Of a DNA stretch of 64,000 nt, positions 1-12,436 are shown one piece after another. A model generated the notes under the pieces. The model was given only the letters and a program-made list of their open reading frames with translations. It did not search any database and was not told the DNA's origin. The translations under genes and the position numbers were made by a program. The stretch's first letter is position 1; each line of letters starts with the position of its first letter. The stretch is from Octopus bimaculoides (Eukaryota), in NCBI RefSeq assembly GCF_001194135.2, contig NC_068982.1:110028774-110092773 (forward strand). The letters are read 5' to 3'.

Positions 1-245
1 ATGGAAAGCACTCAGCATACAAGAAAAAAGACTATGCATGAGTATGTTGCCCGGAAGCTAGAAGAAGACAGGAGAATTGACACGAAGCGCAGCCTCTTCT
101 TGGACACAAGACCACTACAACACATCACACTTTGAAGGCTATGCGTTTGCAATCCAGGAACAGGAGATTGCCACAAAGTACCTGGTGAACAAGAGAGACA
201 GTGATGCTCTTCTAATCCCAAGGTGCAACCGCGTGTGTAGGTTAC
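1..245 (+). mobile_element. Fragment of RLE-type (R4/Dong-like) non-LTR retrotransposon ORF, post-RT region up to the CCHC knuckle; frameshifted
   Basis: Translation KKTMHEYVARKLEED..IDTKRS, then (frameshift) SWTQDHYNTSHFEGYAFAIQEQEIATKYLVNKR..CRL. It is similar to TSHFEGYLYVIQVREIPKYL..CRL at 45.1-45.3 kb and matches the EG-x3-AIQ-DQ/EQ-x-I motif that precedes the zinc knuckle in these elements. Confidence 0.8.
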
Positions 246-693
246 GTCATGTTTTTGCCAACTTCTGTCATGTTTCTGCCAACTCTGTAATACTGAACTA
301 TTTTCTATTCTTTTTTCTAAGAAGCCCCTTGTAAACACGGTTATAGAGCGTGCTTATCGATGTAAACATTGGCAGAAACATACCTTTAGTTCACATAAGT
401 GATATCTACCATTATATATAATTTGAACATTGATTTTCTTCTTACATTTCACTTCCACTAGATATATCTTTTTCCAAGCCTTCCAGCTTTTATTTAATTC
501 ACATATCGCTCTATATTTCTCACTTATTAATTTTCTGCTTATTTCTTTCCTTTACTCCTACTCTTTCTATAGGCTACCTTTGACGTTATATCCTCTAACG
601 CTTTAAAAAAAAAACTTAATAGCGTTCCGTTCATCATTGTACACATCCATCACATTCTGTTAAAATATCTTATTGGTGAGTTTGGTTTCTTTC

Positions 694-785
694 TTTCTTT
701 CTCTGATGAGATTATATTGTTTTACCCCATTTTATTCCTTTGGAATCATACCAATGTTGACTTCGAAACATATGTCGGAAAAGAA
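694..785 (+). ncRNA. Type-I hammerhead ribozyme motif (Penelope-like), intact core
   Basis: CTGATGA 703-709; GAAA 765-768; palindromic helix III ACATATGT 768-775; GUC cleavage triplet ending at 776; helix I TTTCT (698-702) pairs with GGAAA (777-781); helix II closed by GA/TC with inner ATATTG/CAATGT. Confidence 0.7.
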
Positions 786-1374
786 TTTGAATAACACCTG
801 CGCTTAACTCCATTTATCTATCTATTTACATATANNNNNNNNNNNNNNNNNNNNNNNNNNNNNNNNNNNNNNNNNNNNNNNNNNNNNNNNNNNNNNNNNN
901 NNNNNNNNNNNNNNNNNNNNNNNNNNNNNNNNNNNNNNNNNNNNNNNNNNNNNNNNNNNNNNNNNNNNNNNNNNNNNNNNNNNNNNNNNNNNNNNNNNNN
1001 NNNNNNNNNNNNNNNNNNNNNNNNNNNNNNNNNNNNNNNNNNNNNNNNNNNNNNNNNNNNNNNNNNNNNNNNNNNNNNNNNNNNNNNNNNNNNNNNNNNN
1101 NNNNNNNNNNNNNNNNNNNNNNNNNNNNNNNNNNNNNNNNNNNNNNNNNNNNNNNNNNNNNNNNNNNNNNNNNNNNNNNNNNNNNNNNNNNNNNNNNNNN
1201 NNNNNNNNNNNNNNNNNNNNNNNNNNNNNNNNNNNNNNNNNNNNNNNNNNNNNNNNNNNNNNNNNNNNNNNNNNNNNNNNNNNNNNNNNNNNNNNNNNNN
1301 NNNNNNNNNNNNNNNNNNNNNNNNNNNNNNNNNNNNNNNNNNNNNNNNNNNNNTGTGTGTGTGTGTGTGTATGT

Positions 1375-1530
1375 ATATACGACGGGCTTCTTTCAGTTTT
1401 CGTCTACCAAATCTATTCATAAGGCTTTGGTAGGCCCAAGGCTATAGTAGAAGACACTTGCCCAAGGAGCCACGCAGTGGGGCTGAACCCAGATACATGT
1501 GGTCGGGAAGCAAGCTTCTTACTACACACC
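1375..1530 (-). mobile_element. tRNA-headed SINE family D, 5' half (internal microsatellite runs into the gap)
   Basis: Minus strand reads ..TAGTAAGAAGCTTGCTTCCCGACCACATGTATCTGGGTTCAGCCCC..CCTTGGGCAAGTGTCTTCTACTATAGCC, with a B-box-like GGGTTCAGCCCC. The same segment recurs at 9368-9440. Confidence 0.7.
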
Positions 1531-1794
1531 CTTTCCTCTGTGTGTGTGTGTGTGTGTGTGCTTATCTACATGCGTGCTTGCGGACGCATTTGTAAGTAGA
1601 GACATATAGAGAAATATGGAACATTTTCTATGTTGCTGTGTTAGTGGGTCTCTATCTAGCTATAAGTATGTTGTAGCACTTAATACCATTTTCACTATGT
1701 TAACGGCTCGCTACATCTTTCTTTTAATCCATTAAATAATATATTAGAACATGTTGATCGACATTCATAGTTCTTTCTCCACTTTCTAAAGTCT

Positions 1795-1965
<171 letters not shown>

Positions 1966-2224
1966 ACGAATTCACTTCTTTCTCTATCTCTAACATTTCC
2001 TTCGCTCCCTCTACGTTCTTTCTCTCTCCCTCTCTATCTCTCTCTATCACTCTACCGCTTCCTCCCTCTCTGCATATGTATATGTGTGTGTGCATACGTA
2101 CATATACCTGCATGTACACATATACATATATATATATATTTATATATATTTATATATGATTGTACATAATGAGCTGTACTTATGTGTGTAATCATGTTAT
2201 ATACATGTATATGTATTTACGTAT

Positions 2225-2265
<41 letters not shown>

Positions 2266-2309
2266 CAAATATGCGCACATACGCACAAAATCACATAGAC
2301 ACATGTAAT

Positions 2310-2370
<61 letters not shown>

Positions 2371-2520
2371 TGCATGTATGTATATATACATATATATAAT
2401 ATATAATACATGCATGCATACATACAAATATATATACATACATGCATACATACAAACATAGATATGTATGCATATATACATATCTATGTTTGTATGTATG
2501 CATGTATGTATATATATTAC
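2225..2520. repeat. (GA)n, (TA)n and degenerate (TACA)n microsatellites
   Basis: Directly visible. Confidence 0.9.
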
Positions 2521-3048
2521 AAATGGTTTATATTATATAGGGTACATGTATGCATTTGAGTATGTGTTGGAGTATGATCTTGTGCAGCTATTGTCGGCGA
2601 TGATAAAAGAGGTTTCGAGAAAAGTAGCAGAAAGTGAAAGAAATGCGAGGGCGTAGACAACCGAAAGACTATAAGAGTCTCCTAGTGGGAAGAAAAGAAA
2701 AAATAATGATAATGGCTGGAAATGATGTTTCTTTCATAAGAGATGATGCTGAAGAGATGCTTGTTTTAAGTATAGAATAATCTAGCTGGGACACAGCTGC
2801 TGTGAATAGGTAAATATGTAGGTAGATAGATAAAAGGGTAAGTAGGTAGGCTGGATGTTTGGATGTTTGGATGCTTCGTTGGTTGGTTGGTTGGTTGGTT
2901 GGTTGGTTGGTTGGTTTATGGGTTGGTTGGTTAGTTGGTTGTTTGATACCTAAGTAGATATTTGATATAGGCTGGTAGTCTGATTGTCTGGCAGAGAGCT
3001 ATATGTGCTTATATATTTGTTTGTATGTATTTATACATATAGATGAGT

Positions 3049-3434
3049 AGTGGAGGCGCAATGGCCCACTGGTTAGAGCAGCGGACTCGCGGTCATAGGA
3101 TCGCGGTTTCGATTCCCAGACCGGGCGTTGTGAGTGCTTATTGAGCAAAAACACCTAAAGCTCCATGAGGCTCCAGCAGGCGATGGTGGCGAACCCTGCT
3201 GTACTCTTCTGCCACAACTTTCTCTCACTCTTACTTCCTGTTTCTGTTGTGCCTGTAATTCAAGGGGTCAGCCTTGTCACACTGTGTCACGCTGAATATC
3301 CCCGAGAACTACGTTAAGGGTACACGTGTCTGTGGAGTGCTCAGCCACTTGCACGTTAATTTCACGAGCAGGCTGTTCCGTTGATCGGATCAACTGGAAC
3401 CCTCAACGTCGTAAGCGACGGAGTGCCAACAACA
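3049..3434 (+). mobile_element. Full-length tRNA-derived SINE, family A, with 12-bp target-site duplication
   Basis: A-box-like TGGCCCACTGGTTAG, B-box-like GGTTTCGATTCCC, 3' CAACAACA tail. TSD ATATAGATGAGT at 3037-3048 and 3435-3446. Closely similar copies at 44438-44821 and 46812-47114. Confidence 0.92.
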
Positions 3435-3815
3435 ATATAGATGAGTGTGTGTGAGCGTATGTACACATACATACATACATACACACATACACTTACATAC
3501 ATACGCACTCAAATGTGCACACACACACGTATATATACAAATTTATATATATATTAAAATATATACATGTTATCATTGTTGTTGTTATTATTGTTGTTAT
3601 CATTGNNNNNNNNNNNNNNNNNNNNNNNNNNNNNNNNNNNNNNNNNNNNNNNNNNNNNNNNNNNNNNNNNNNNNNNNNNNNNNNNNNNNNNNNNNNNNNN
3701 NNNNNNNNNNNNNNNNNNNNNNNNNNNNNNNNNNNNNNNNNNNNNNNNNNNNNNNNNNNNNNNNNNNNNNNNNNNNNNNNNNNNNNNNNNNNNNNNNNNN
3801 NNNNNNNNNNNNNNN

Positions 3816-4062
3816 AAAAAACGCCCTTTTGAAGTGTCGTCTTCCCTTCTTTTACGTAACAAGAACGACCCGTTTCTCTACCGGATTGTGACTTGCGATG
3901 AAAAGTGGATTCTTTACGACAACCGGCGACGCTCAGCTTAGTGGCTGGAGGTCTGCGGCCGGTCTCATCCATCACAGCTTTTTGAATCGAGGAGAAACTA
4001 TTATGGCGGAGAAGTACAGTCAGCAAATGGATGAAATGCATAAGAAACTCCGACAACAATAG
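3816..4062 (+). mobile_element. Mariner transposase fragment (Hsmar1/cecropia-like), internally deleted
   Basis: FEVSSSLLLRNKNDPFLYRIVTCDEKWILYDNRRRSA*W, then SAAGLIHHSF..NRGETIMAEKYSQQMDEMHKKL. Contains the first catalytic Asp motif (TCDEKW). Confidence 0.9.
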
Positions 4063-4190
4063 CCATGTTTCCAGAGTTTGATTATTCAAATCCCAAAGAA
4101 TCCCACTACCCCTTCGCGTGATCAGAGATGCACATATCGTCAAACACTAAGGGGCATGTTCAACTGGTTAAGGTCAGATAAGTGACAAGA
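4063..4190 (+). repeat. Interspersed repeat family E, 3' fragment (unclassified)
   Basis: CCATGTTTCCAGAG..CCCAAAGAAT..GTGATCAGAGATGCACATATCGTCAAACACTAAGGGGCATGTTCAACTG matches 4696-4820. Confidence 0.7.
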
Positions 4191-4488
4191 AAATTGGTGG
4201 GATTGAGCAGTATATTAGCTCATTTTTATTATTATCTCTTTTTGTTGTAACTCCTGTAGTCTTGCATGCGTAGCGGGCTTGCTGTTTGCAGCTTACGATA
4301 TCATGCTGTCTGTTCTTTTCAACTATCTAATACTTTCCTGATTATTTTGGCCGTGCAAAGTAGGCAAATCTTTTGTAACAGTTCTACTGGGCACTCTATT
4401 CCGATTTCCTTTATATTCTTCTTGATACCTTTTGACTACTACGACTACTACGACTACTACTACTACTATGATTATTATTATTATTATT

Positions 4489-4820
4489 AAAGTGACAATG
4501 GGCTACCCGTCTGATAAGGATACACCGGGCACATGCATCAAAACCATATGTGCGCGAGATGGTCATCTTATATCAAGTTAAACAGCACATGACCTTGCAG
4601 GTGGGTCCCAGTTAAAGTTTTCTTCGGGTTCAGTAGCCCATCCCGCTCAAAAAGTTTCTGAATAAGTGTTCTTTAAAGATGTTGAACGAAACACCCATGT
4701 TTCCAAAAGTGAATTATCCAAACCCCAAAGAATTCCTTTCAACACATGGCTATGATGCGCCCCTTCTGCTTGTGATAAGAGATGAACATATCGTCAACCA
4801 CTAAGGGACATGCTCAACTG
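4489..4820 (+). repeat. Interspersed repeat family E, longer copy between (ATT)n tracts
   Basis: Shares its 3' ~120 bp with 4063-4190; flanked on both sides by (ATT)n. Confidence 0.7.
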
Positions 4821-4886
<66 letters not shown>

Positions 4887-5114
4887 NNNNNNNNNNNNNN
4901 NNNNNNNNNNNNNNNNNNNNNNNNNNNNNNNNNNNNNNNNNNNNNNNNNNNNNNNNNNNNNNNNNNNNNNNNNNNNNNNNNNNNNNNNNNNNNNNNNNNN
5001 NNNNNNNNNNNNNNNNNNNNNNNNNNNNNNNNNNNNNNNNNNNNNNNNNNNNNNNNNNNNNNNNNNNNNNNNNNNNNNNNNNNNNNNNNNNNNNNNNNNN
5101 NNNNNNNNNNNNNN

Positions 5115-5203
<89 letters not shown>

Positions 5204-6436
5204 ATATATATGTATATGTATATGTATATGTGCATGTATGTATGTATGTATGTATGTATACTCAGTAGTATAAATATATTTTTCTAATACAAATGTAAAA
5301 GCTTCGAGAACTACACAAATAAATCGTTTTAACGGGGTTTTTTCTATACCTATGATAGACGTGCTAACAACCAATTACGCTAAATTAACCTTCAGTCTTC
5401 ATTCTATCAAATTTGATGGAAAGGAAATCGATGATATGCAGCATTTACTCCCAACTATAACGCAAATTTCTTCCTTCAGATAAATGCATGCACAATCATG
5501 ACGGCCGACATTGCATGCAGGCTTACGTCTCTTCTGACCATCGACAGAGATACAACGTTTTTAAATGTCTGGCAAACATGTTTTTCAACATAAACACTCT
5601 CAATCTATCAAAGCAGTTTGGTACAGATGGATGGATGGATGGATGGATGGATGGATGGATGGATGGATGGATGGATGGAGATACCACGCACACTCACAAA
5701 CTACATACAGCTACTTATTCCGATTATGCACCGAAAATAATTATGTGCATCTCGTTTCCATTTTCTCTTAAAACTTTTAGATTTTAATAAATGATTATCT
5801 CATGTGTTTAGAGCTTCTAGAAGAATAAATTATATACCATTTCCAGCATATTTTTATTTCTTTTCCGCTTTTATTGCTAATTAACACATCCATATCAGTG
5901 TTCTGATAGGACCATATTTAGGATAATAAAATCTTGAAAACATCCCACCCTGCATAAATCAACTCTCGAGCAATATCCCCTCTCTTGTAAAATGAACCGG
6001 AAAAAGTTATTTGATTCAGTCTCATATCTGCAGGAATATTTTTTTCTAAGTTTGGCACAAAGCCAGCAATTTTAAAGGGCCTAGTCAAAATCACTGAACT
6101 CAATACTTTATATTGTACTTAACGACCAAGAAACAGTGAAAGGTAAAGCTAACCTTGGCAGGATTTGAAGTCTGCTTTTCATCTTTTCGATGTCGATGAA
6201 ATAAGTAACAGTTGAACACTGGGGCCGAATAAATCGACTTGCTTCTACCATCAAAGCAGTTGGCCAAGTGTTAAAATTGACATCTAAATGAGCCAATATT
6301 ATGCGGGTGTAGGCAGGTGACAAGAGCTGAGAGAATGCACTTGCCTTTGATGCACCAAGGTAATCTCGGCTTATATGTAGCGTGCTTTTCCGTTTTCGGA
6401 ATCCATTCTTGTTCAGTCTGTTGTTTTAGCGCTATT

Positions 6437-7642
6437 TACTAGGGTTGTGCCGCAAGTAATGCGAATGTAGGCTTAACTTATTTTTATTTACATAGGTTAT
6501 TCAAATTGCACATGTTGTTAGAGTAACTTTTCCGCTTTATTTTTTCTCTTCTTCCTGTTCTCTCTTATTGTAAGTAAATAATAAGTGCCGTCATTGAGTT
6601 CTTGAGGAGAGGAAGCTGTCCGATAACGAAAGAAACCTACAAGTTGTTTAAGATTAACAAGAGCAAGATGTACAGGTAGATGAAGATGCTTAAATGAAAG
6701 GGAACAAGCACTAAAACAAACCATTCAGTGGGGCACCGTTAACTATGCCCACTGACATGAATAGCCAGCGAGTGGACATATTGATCCATACGGACAAATC
6801 AGTCATAATCAGCGAGTTGCTGCACAACTGGACTGTAGTCACAATGCATTTAAGATGGTGGAACACTGGCTATTAGGAAGAATGAGTTCCTCGACAGTTG
6901 ACAACCTATTTGAAGGAGAGAGTTGTAGAAGTCTGCTTTCATCTGCTGGAAGTTTTTGAAGCCAAAGAAGACGTGTTTTACCGACCTGGTGACAGGGAAT
7001 GAAACCTGGACATATCTTTATGGCTCAAAAACGAAGGCTCAATCCATGTAATGGCGTCAAACTTCACCTCTAAGGCCTAAAAAGCTAAAAAGCTAAAAAG
7101 CCAGGGATCAGCACAGAAAGTCATGGTGTTTGAGGAATGACAAGACCGTCATTTTTCTTGATTTCTGGAACATAGCTACACTGCGAACAGCGAACGGTAC
7201 ATTGAAACATTCAGAAAGCTTAAAATTATCCACATTGACCGTGACAATGCATGACAGCACACATCTTTGGCAACAACTCAAGTAATCAGAAAATTAGAGA
7301 AGTCAGCGGTCTTCTATTCACCTTACAACCCTGACCTGGTACTCTCCAACTTCAATCTGTGCTATCCAACGAAGAATAGCCTTCGAGGACGAAAATTTTA
7401 TGAGATAAACGAGGTGAAAATGGCTGTGAAAAACGTGGGCACACCAGTGCAAACGCGAATTTTATCAAAGACGGTTCAAGAGTTGGATTCAACGATGGTG
7501 CATACGCATCGTTTGTGATGTTAGGTAGTGCCTCTACATACAGGAAGAGTCACTTTACTAGCAAGTGCAATTCGAATGACTTATGTGACTTAATAAAAGA
7601 ACGTATGCCCTCTTTTCCATTACTTACGGTATAACTCTCGTA
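6437..7642 (+). mobile_element. Degenerate near full-length mariner element
   Basis: TIRs 6437-6461 and 7618-7642 match 20/25 and start/end with TA. Broken transposase motifs AVIEFL, SGAP(SGRP), VTGNETW, RDNA(HDNA), YSPYNPDLVLSNF, LRGRKF. Confidence 0.85.
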
Positions 7643-8358
7643 TTATTATCTGTGTAATAGCTTGTCTTTTTTGTTATTGTTGATCTCCCCGATCATTCAA
7701 TGGAAATCCACAATTCTTGTTTATTATTTTCGTTTGTATTTGGCCTTTGTTCTAATCCCGACGGATGGATTATTACTATCCTTATTATTATTATTTTTGT
7801 CTTTGTTGTTATTACTATTGTTGTTCCTGTTGCATTGTGGTTGCTATTGCTGTTGTTGTTGCTGTTTCTGTTGTGGTTATTGTTGTTGTTCTTGCGGCTG
7901 TTGTTGTTTTTGTTAATAATATCATCATCGTCATCGCTCGCATCGTTCACATCACTCACCCTTTTTTCTTGAATCTCGCTTCACCTTTGTTTTTTGTTTT
8001 TTTCCTATCTCTTATTTCATCTGTCTTTACTTTCTCCAATTCGAAGGTGGGCGTCCCCTGCATCGTTCCACTACATCGCTTCAATGTCACCGATCAAGCT
8101 TCATACAAATTACGCGTGATTGCTCATGGTTCACAATAAAAAACAATGAAAACAGTTACTTTTCATTGACACGTGGGAACGTCGAAATAACCACATACAT
8201 AACAAAAAGTATTTCTCAAGGTATACAAGCATATCTTCCCAGCTATGACTTCTATTTCTCTGCCTCTCTTCCTCTCTTTCTCTTTCTCACTCTCTCTTTC
8301 TCCCTCTCTCTTTCGTATTATACATATGTGTGTATGTGTGTATTTATCCAGGTGTATT

Positions 8359-8393
<35 letters not shown>

Positions 8394-8405
8394 TCCAGAA
8401 AATAA

Positions 8406-8441
8406 GATCTGAAGAAGGAATTGTAATTCCGAAATATCATC
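8406..8441 (+). ncRNA. Minimal type-I hammerhead ribozyme motif, intact core
   Basis: GAT-CTGAAGA-A-GGAATT-GT-AATTCC-GAAA-TA-TC-ATC: perfect 6-bp helix II, palindromic ATAT helix III, AUC triplet ending at 8438, 3-bp helix I. Confidence 0.7.
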
Positions 8442-9367
8442 GGACTATAGATATCCAAGTTACAACAAGTATATAGTCCATTTTTTGTTCTATATTGCAT
8501 TGTTATACCTTTCTAAACTTTTTATTCTTTACAAACAATACACAATGCTTCAAGCGAACTACAATACTCTCTTATATATATNNNNNNNNNNNNNNNNNNN
8601 NNNNNNNNNNNNNNNNNNNNNNNNNNNNNNNNNNNNNNNNNNNNNNNNNNNNNNNNNNNNNNNNNNNNNNNNNNNNNNNNNNNNNNNNNNNNNNNNNNNN
8701 NNNNNNNNNNNNNNNNNNNNNNNNNNNNNNNNNNNNNNNNNNNNNNNNNNNNNNNNNNNNNNNNNNNNNNNNNNNNNNNNNNNNNNNNNNNNNNNNNNNN
8801 NNNNNNNNNNNNNNNNNNNNNNNNNNNNNNNNNNNNNNNNNNNNNNNNNNNNNNNNNNNNNNNNNNNNNNNNNNNNNNNNNNNNNNNNNNNNNNNNNNNN
8901 NNNNNNNNNNNNNNNNNNNNNNNNNNNNNNNNNNNNNNNNNNNNNNNNNNNNNNNNNNNNNNNNNNNNNNNNNNNNNNNNNNNNNNNNNNNNNNNNNNNN
9001 NNNNNNNNNNNNNNNNNNNNNNNNNNNNNNNNNNNNNNNNNNNNNNNNNNNNNNNNNNNNNNNNNNNNNNNNNNNNNNNNNNNNNNNNNNNNNNNNNNNN
9101 NNNNNNNNNNNNNNNNNNNNNNNNNNNNNNNNNNNNNNNNNNNNNNNNNNNNNNNNNNNNNNNNNNNNNNNNNNNNNNNNNNNNNNNNNNNNNNNNNNNN
9201 NNNNNNNNNNNNNNNNNNNNNNNNNNNNNNNNNNNNNNNNNNNNNNNNNNNNNNNNNNNNNNNNNNNNNNNNNNNNNNNNNNNNNNNNNNNNNNNNNNNN
9301 NNNNNNNNNNNNNNNNNNNNNNNNNNNNNNNNNNNNNNNNNNNNNATATATATGTATGTATGTATAT

Positions 9368-9575
9368 ACCAAATCCACTAAGAAGGCTTTGGTCGGCCAG
9401 ATGATATAGTCGAAGACACTTGACACTTGCCCAAGGTGCCCGATTTGTTCGGCAAAAGTAACCGATAGAGTAAACACCAGGCTTAAGATATAAGTACTGG
9501 GGTCGATTTGTTAGGCGGTGCTCCTGCATGGCTGCAGTCCAATGACTGAAACAAGTAAATGATAAAAGATAAATG
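9368..9575. mobile_element. SINE family D copy with inverted 5' segment
   Basis: 9368-9440 is the antisense head segment (as at 1375-1530). 9447-9575 is the sense tail segment (GTTCGGCAAAAG..AGGCGGTGCTCC..GACTGAAACAAGTAAA), the reverse complement of 63745-63870. Confidence 0.65.
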
Positions 9576-10615
9576 AAATGTAAATACATACATACATACA
9601 TACATACATACATGTATACACACAGTCACACACACACAGGTACATGCATACATACATACATGCATACACGCATACATTCATACATACATACATAACGATT
9701 GGAAAAACCGTTGATGTGTCTGTCTATGAATCTTTGAAACGGTTACAATAAAGTTCAATGTAATCTGTTAGGAAATCCTACTATGCTGAAATAATGAAGT
9801 TTTAATACGAAGCTATATTCCTCATGTCAAATATAAAACTATTTTAATTAATAGTTATGAAATAATTAGATGATAATGAACTGATGTGAACATCGATCTT
9901 AGAACAGAGTGATTTATGTTCTTTAAACTTAGATCTTTATTTCAATCTTCGATGAATTTATTCCAATTGCACCAGTATAAAGCTTGCCTTTTTTCACCTC
10001 CAGTATTTATCAATTAACTTCCAATTATATAGTAGCATCTATTGCATCAATTATATTGGCCTTATAAACCCACGAAGCAGTGGGTTCATAAGCTGTGAAC
10101 TGAGTACCATAAAACATATAGTTTGACAACTGTTCAGCGATGCATGTCACATATTCCTTGTAATAAGACATACAGATCCTGCATTTCAATGAATAATACT
10201 GGAGAAAGTATTATGTATGTGTATATATACATTTGAAATTTACAGACATGGGTTTGTTGTCTCTGCTCGATGCGTTTGGACATCATGCGTGAAAACAAAA
10301 ACCCGACGAATGCACACTACACGCTTGTATTCTAGGCGTAATGACTAGAAACTGACGTGGCCTACTGGTGTGAGATTTTCACGCATGCGCAGAAAGGATA
10401 GTATCACCTCCAATCCAAAGGGCTTTGCCACGCAGCATCAATTTTAACAGAAAAAAATAAAGCCGGATAATTTTTGAACGCACCTTGTACTTAAGCGATT
10501 CTCAATAGACTTCTTATCTTTGTGTCAAGAAACTTTCCGTCTTTCACTCTCCCTTTCTCTCGCTCAATCTCACTCTCTCTCCCTCCCTCTCTCTCTCACT
10601 CACACTTTGAGTATA

Positions 10616-10663
<48 letters not shown>

Positions 10664-10683
10664 TATATAAGCGTTTGTGTATA

Positions 10684-11576
10684 TGTAAGGTGTGTGAGCA
10701 ACTGCTTGTGTTAATGGCAGAAGAAAGGGGAATTGCATTAGAAAAAGTTTTAATCGATGTTTTCGGTAAGTTTGGGCGCTAGGAAAAAATAGAAGAGGCA
10801 TTAAGAAGTTGACGTTATGAATTGCTTAAACAGAAAATGGAGCTGTAAGAATTAACGGGGAAATTGTATGTAAGAATTAATAGGAGACTATCCAATTTAA
10901 GAAAAGTGAAGATAAAAGCTAAGTAAAGAAGTATGGAATAAGTAGAGAAAATGGGGTGGGGAGGGCGGAAGTCTTTCCAAAATATCTTCGCAGGAAACAG
11001 CTTCAGAAGTTGTGAAGAAAGAATTTCTAGGTAGTCTGTTTATGAGAACTATTGTATTGGACCTCTGTCTATTCACGTCTTTTAAGGTACACGCACATAC
11101 ATAGAAAATGTGAGGTCATGTTAGAAAAGTTTTACGATAGTTGATTTATGGAAAAGATTATGTTAAATGTTTGAAATGCAAATCTGTGAATGAAAAATAA
11201 GTTCATACCTCTACATGGTAGGTAGACCTGGTAGAAATAGCAGCCAAATATCCCTCAAAACACCCTACTGTATTAATGCGACAATTCTGCGTATTATGTA
11301 GTTTGAATGAGAAACTGTAAGGTGTGTGAGCAACTGGTTTTGTTAATGTCAGAAGAAAGGGGAATTGCATTAGAAAAAGTTTTAATCGATGTTCTCGGTA
11401 AGTATGGGAGCTAGGAAAAACAGAAGAGGCATTAAGAAGTTAACGTTAAGAATTGCTTTAACCGAAAATGAAGCTGTAAGAACTAACGGGGAAATTGTAT
11501 GTAAGAATTAATAGCAGACGTATCCAATTTAAGAAAAGTGAAGATAAAAGCTAAGTGAAGAAGTATGGAATAAGTA
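10684..11576. repeat. Two 261-bp direct repeats (10684-10944, 11316-11576) with a 371-bp spacer
   Basis: TGTAAGGTGTGTGAGCAACTG...AAGTATGGAATAAGTA occurs twice at about 90% identity; a partial third match lies near 12515-12560. Confidence 0.9.
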
Positions 11577-12401
11577 ATTGTTATACGCTTATAGAAAAAC
11601 AATTTATNNNNNNNNNNNNNNNNNNNNNNNNNNNNNNNNNNNNNNNNNNNNNNNNNNNNNNNNNNNNNNNNNNNNNNNNNNNNNNNNNNNNNNNNNNNNN
11701 NNNNNNNNNNNNNNNNNNNNNNNNNNNNNNNNNNNNNNNNNNNNNNNNNNNNNNNNNNNNNNNNNNNNNNNNNNNNNNNNNNNNNNNNNNNNNNNNNNNN
11801 NNNNNNNNNNNNNNNNNNNNNNNNNNNNNNNNNNNNNNNNNNNNNNNNNNNNNNNNNNNNNNNNNNNNNNNNNNNNNNNNNNNNNNNNNNNNNNNNNNNN
11901 NNNNNNNNNNNNNNNNNNNNNNNNNNNNNNNNNNNNNNNNNNNNNNNNNNNNNNNNNNNNNNNNNNNNNNNNNNNNNNNNNNNNNNNNNNNNNNNNNNNN
12001 NNNNNNNNNNNNNNNNNNNNNNNNNNNNNNNNNNNNNNNNNNNNNNNNNNNNNNNNNNNNNNNNNNNNNNNNNNNNNNNNNNNNNNNNNNNNNNNNNNNN
12101 NNNNNNNNNNNNNNNNNNNNNNNNNNNNNNNNNNNNNNNNNNNNNNNNNNNNNNNNNNNNNNNNNNNNNNNNNNNNNNNNNNNNNNNNNNNNNNNNNNNN
12201 NNNNNNNNNNNNNNNNNNNNNNNNNNNNNNNNNNNNNNNNNNNNNNNNNNNNNNNNNNNNNNNNNNNNATAGAGAGAGTAATGTTGATGGTGTGTGTGTA
12301 TATGAAGGAGAGAGAAAGAAAGAAAGAGAGAGAGAGAGAGATAACTGAAGTTTTATTCAGTTTTTGTAGTGAGTGAATGTGTGAGTGATTGACAGAGAAA
12401 A

Positions 12402-12436
<35 letters not shown>

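Noticed and set aside
3051-3125. tRNA gene
   Set aside because: Only A/B boxes; no acceptor stem, and it continues into a repeated SINE body bounded by a TSD.
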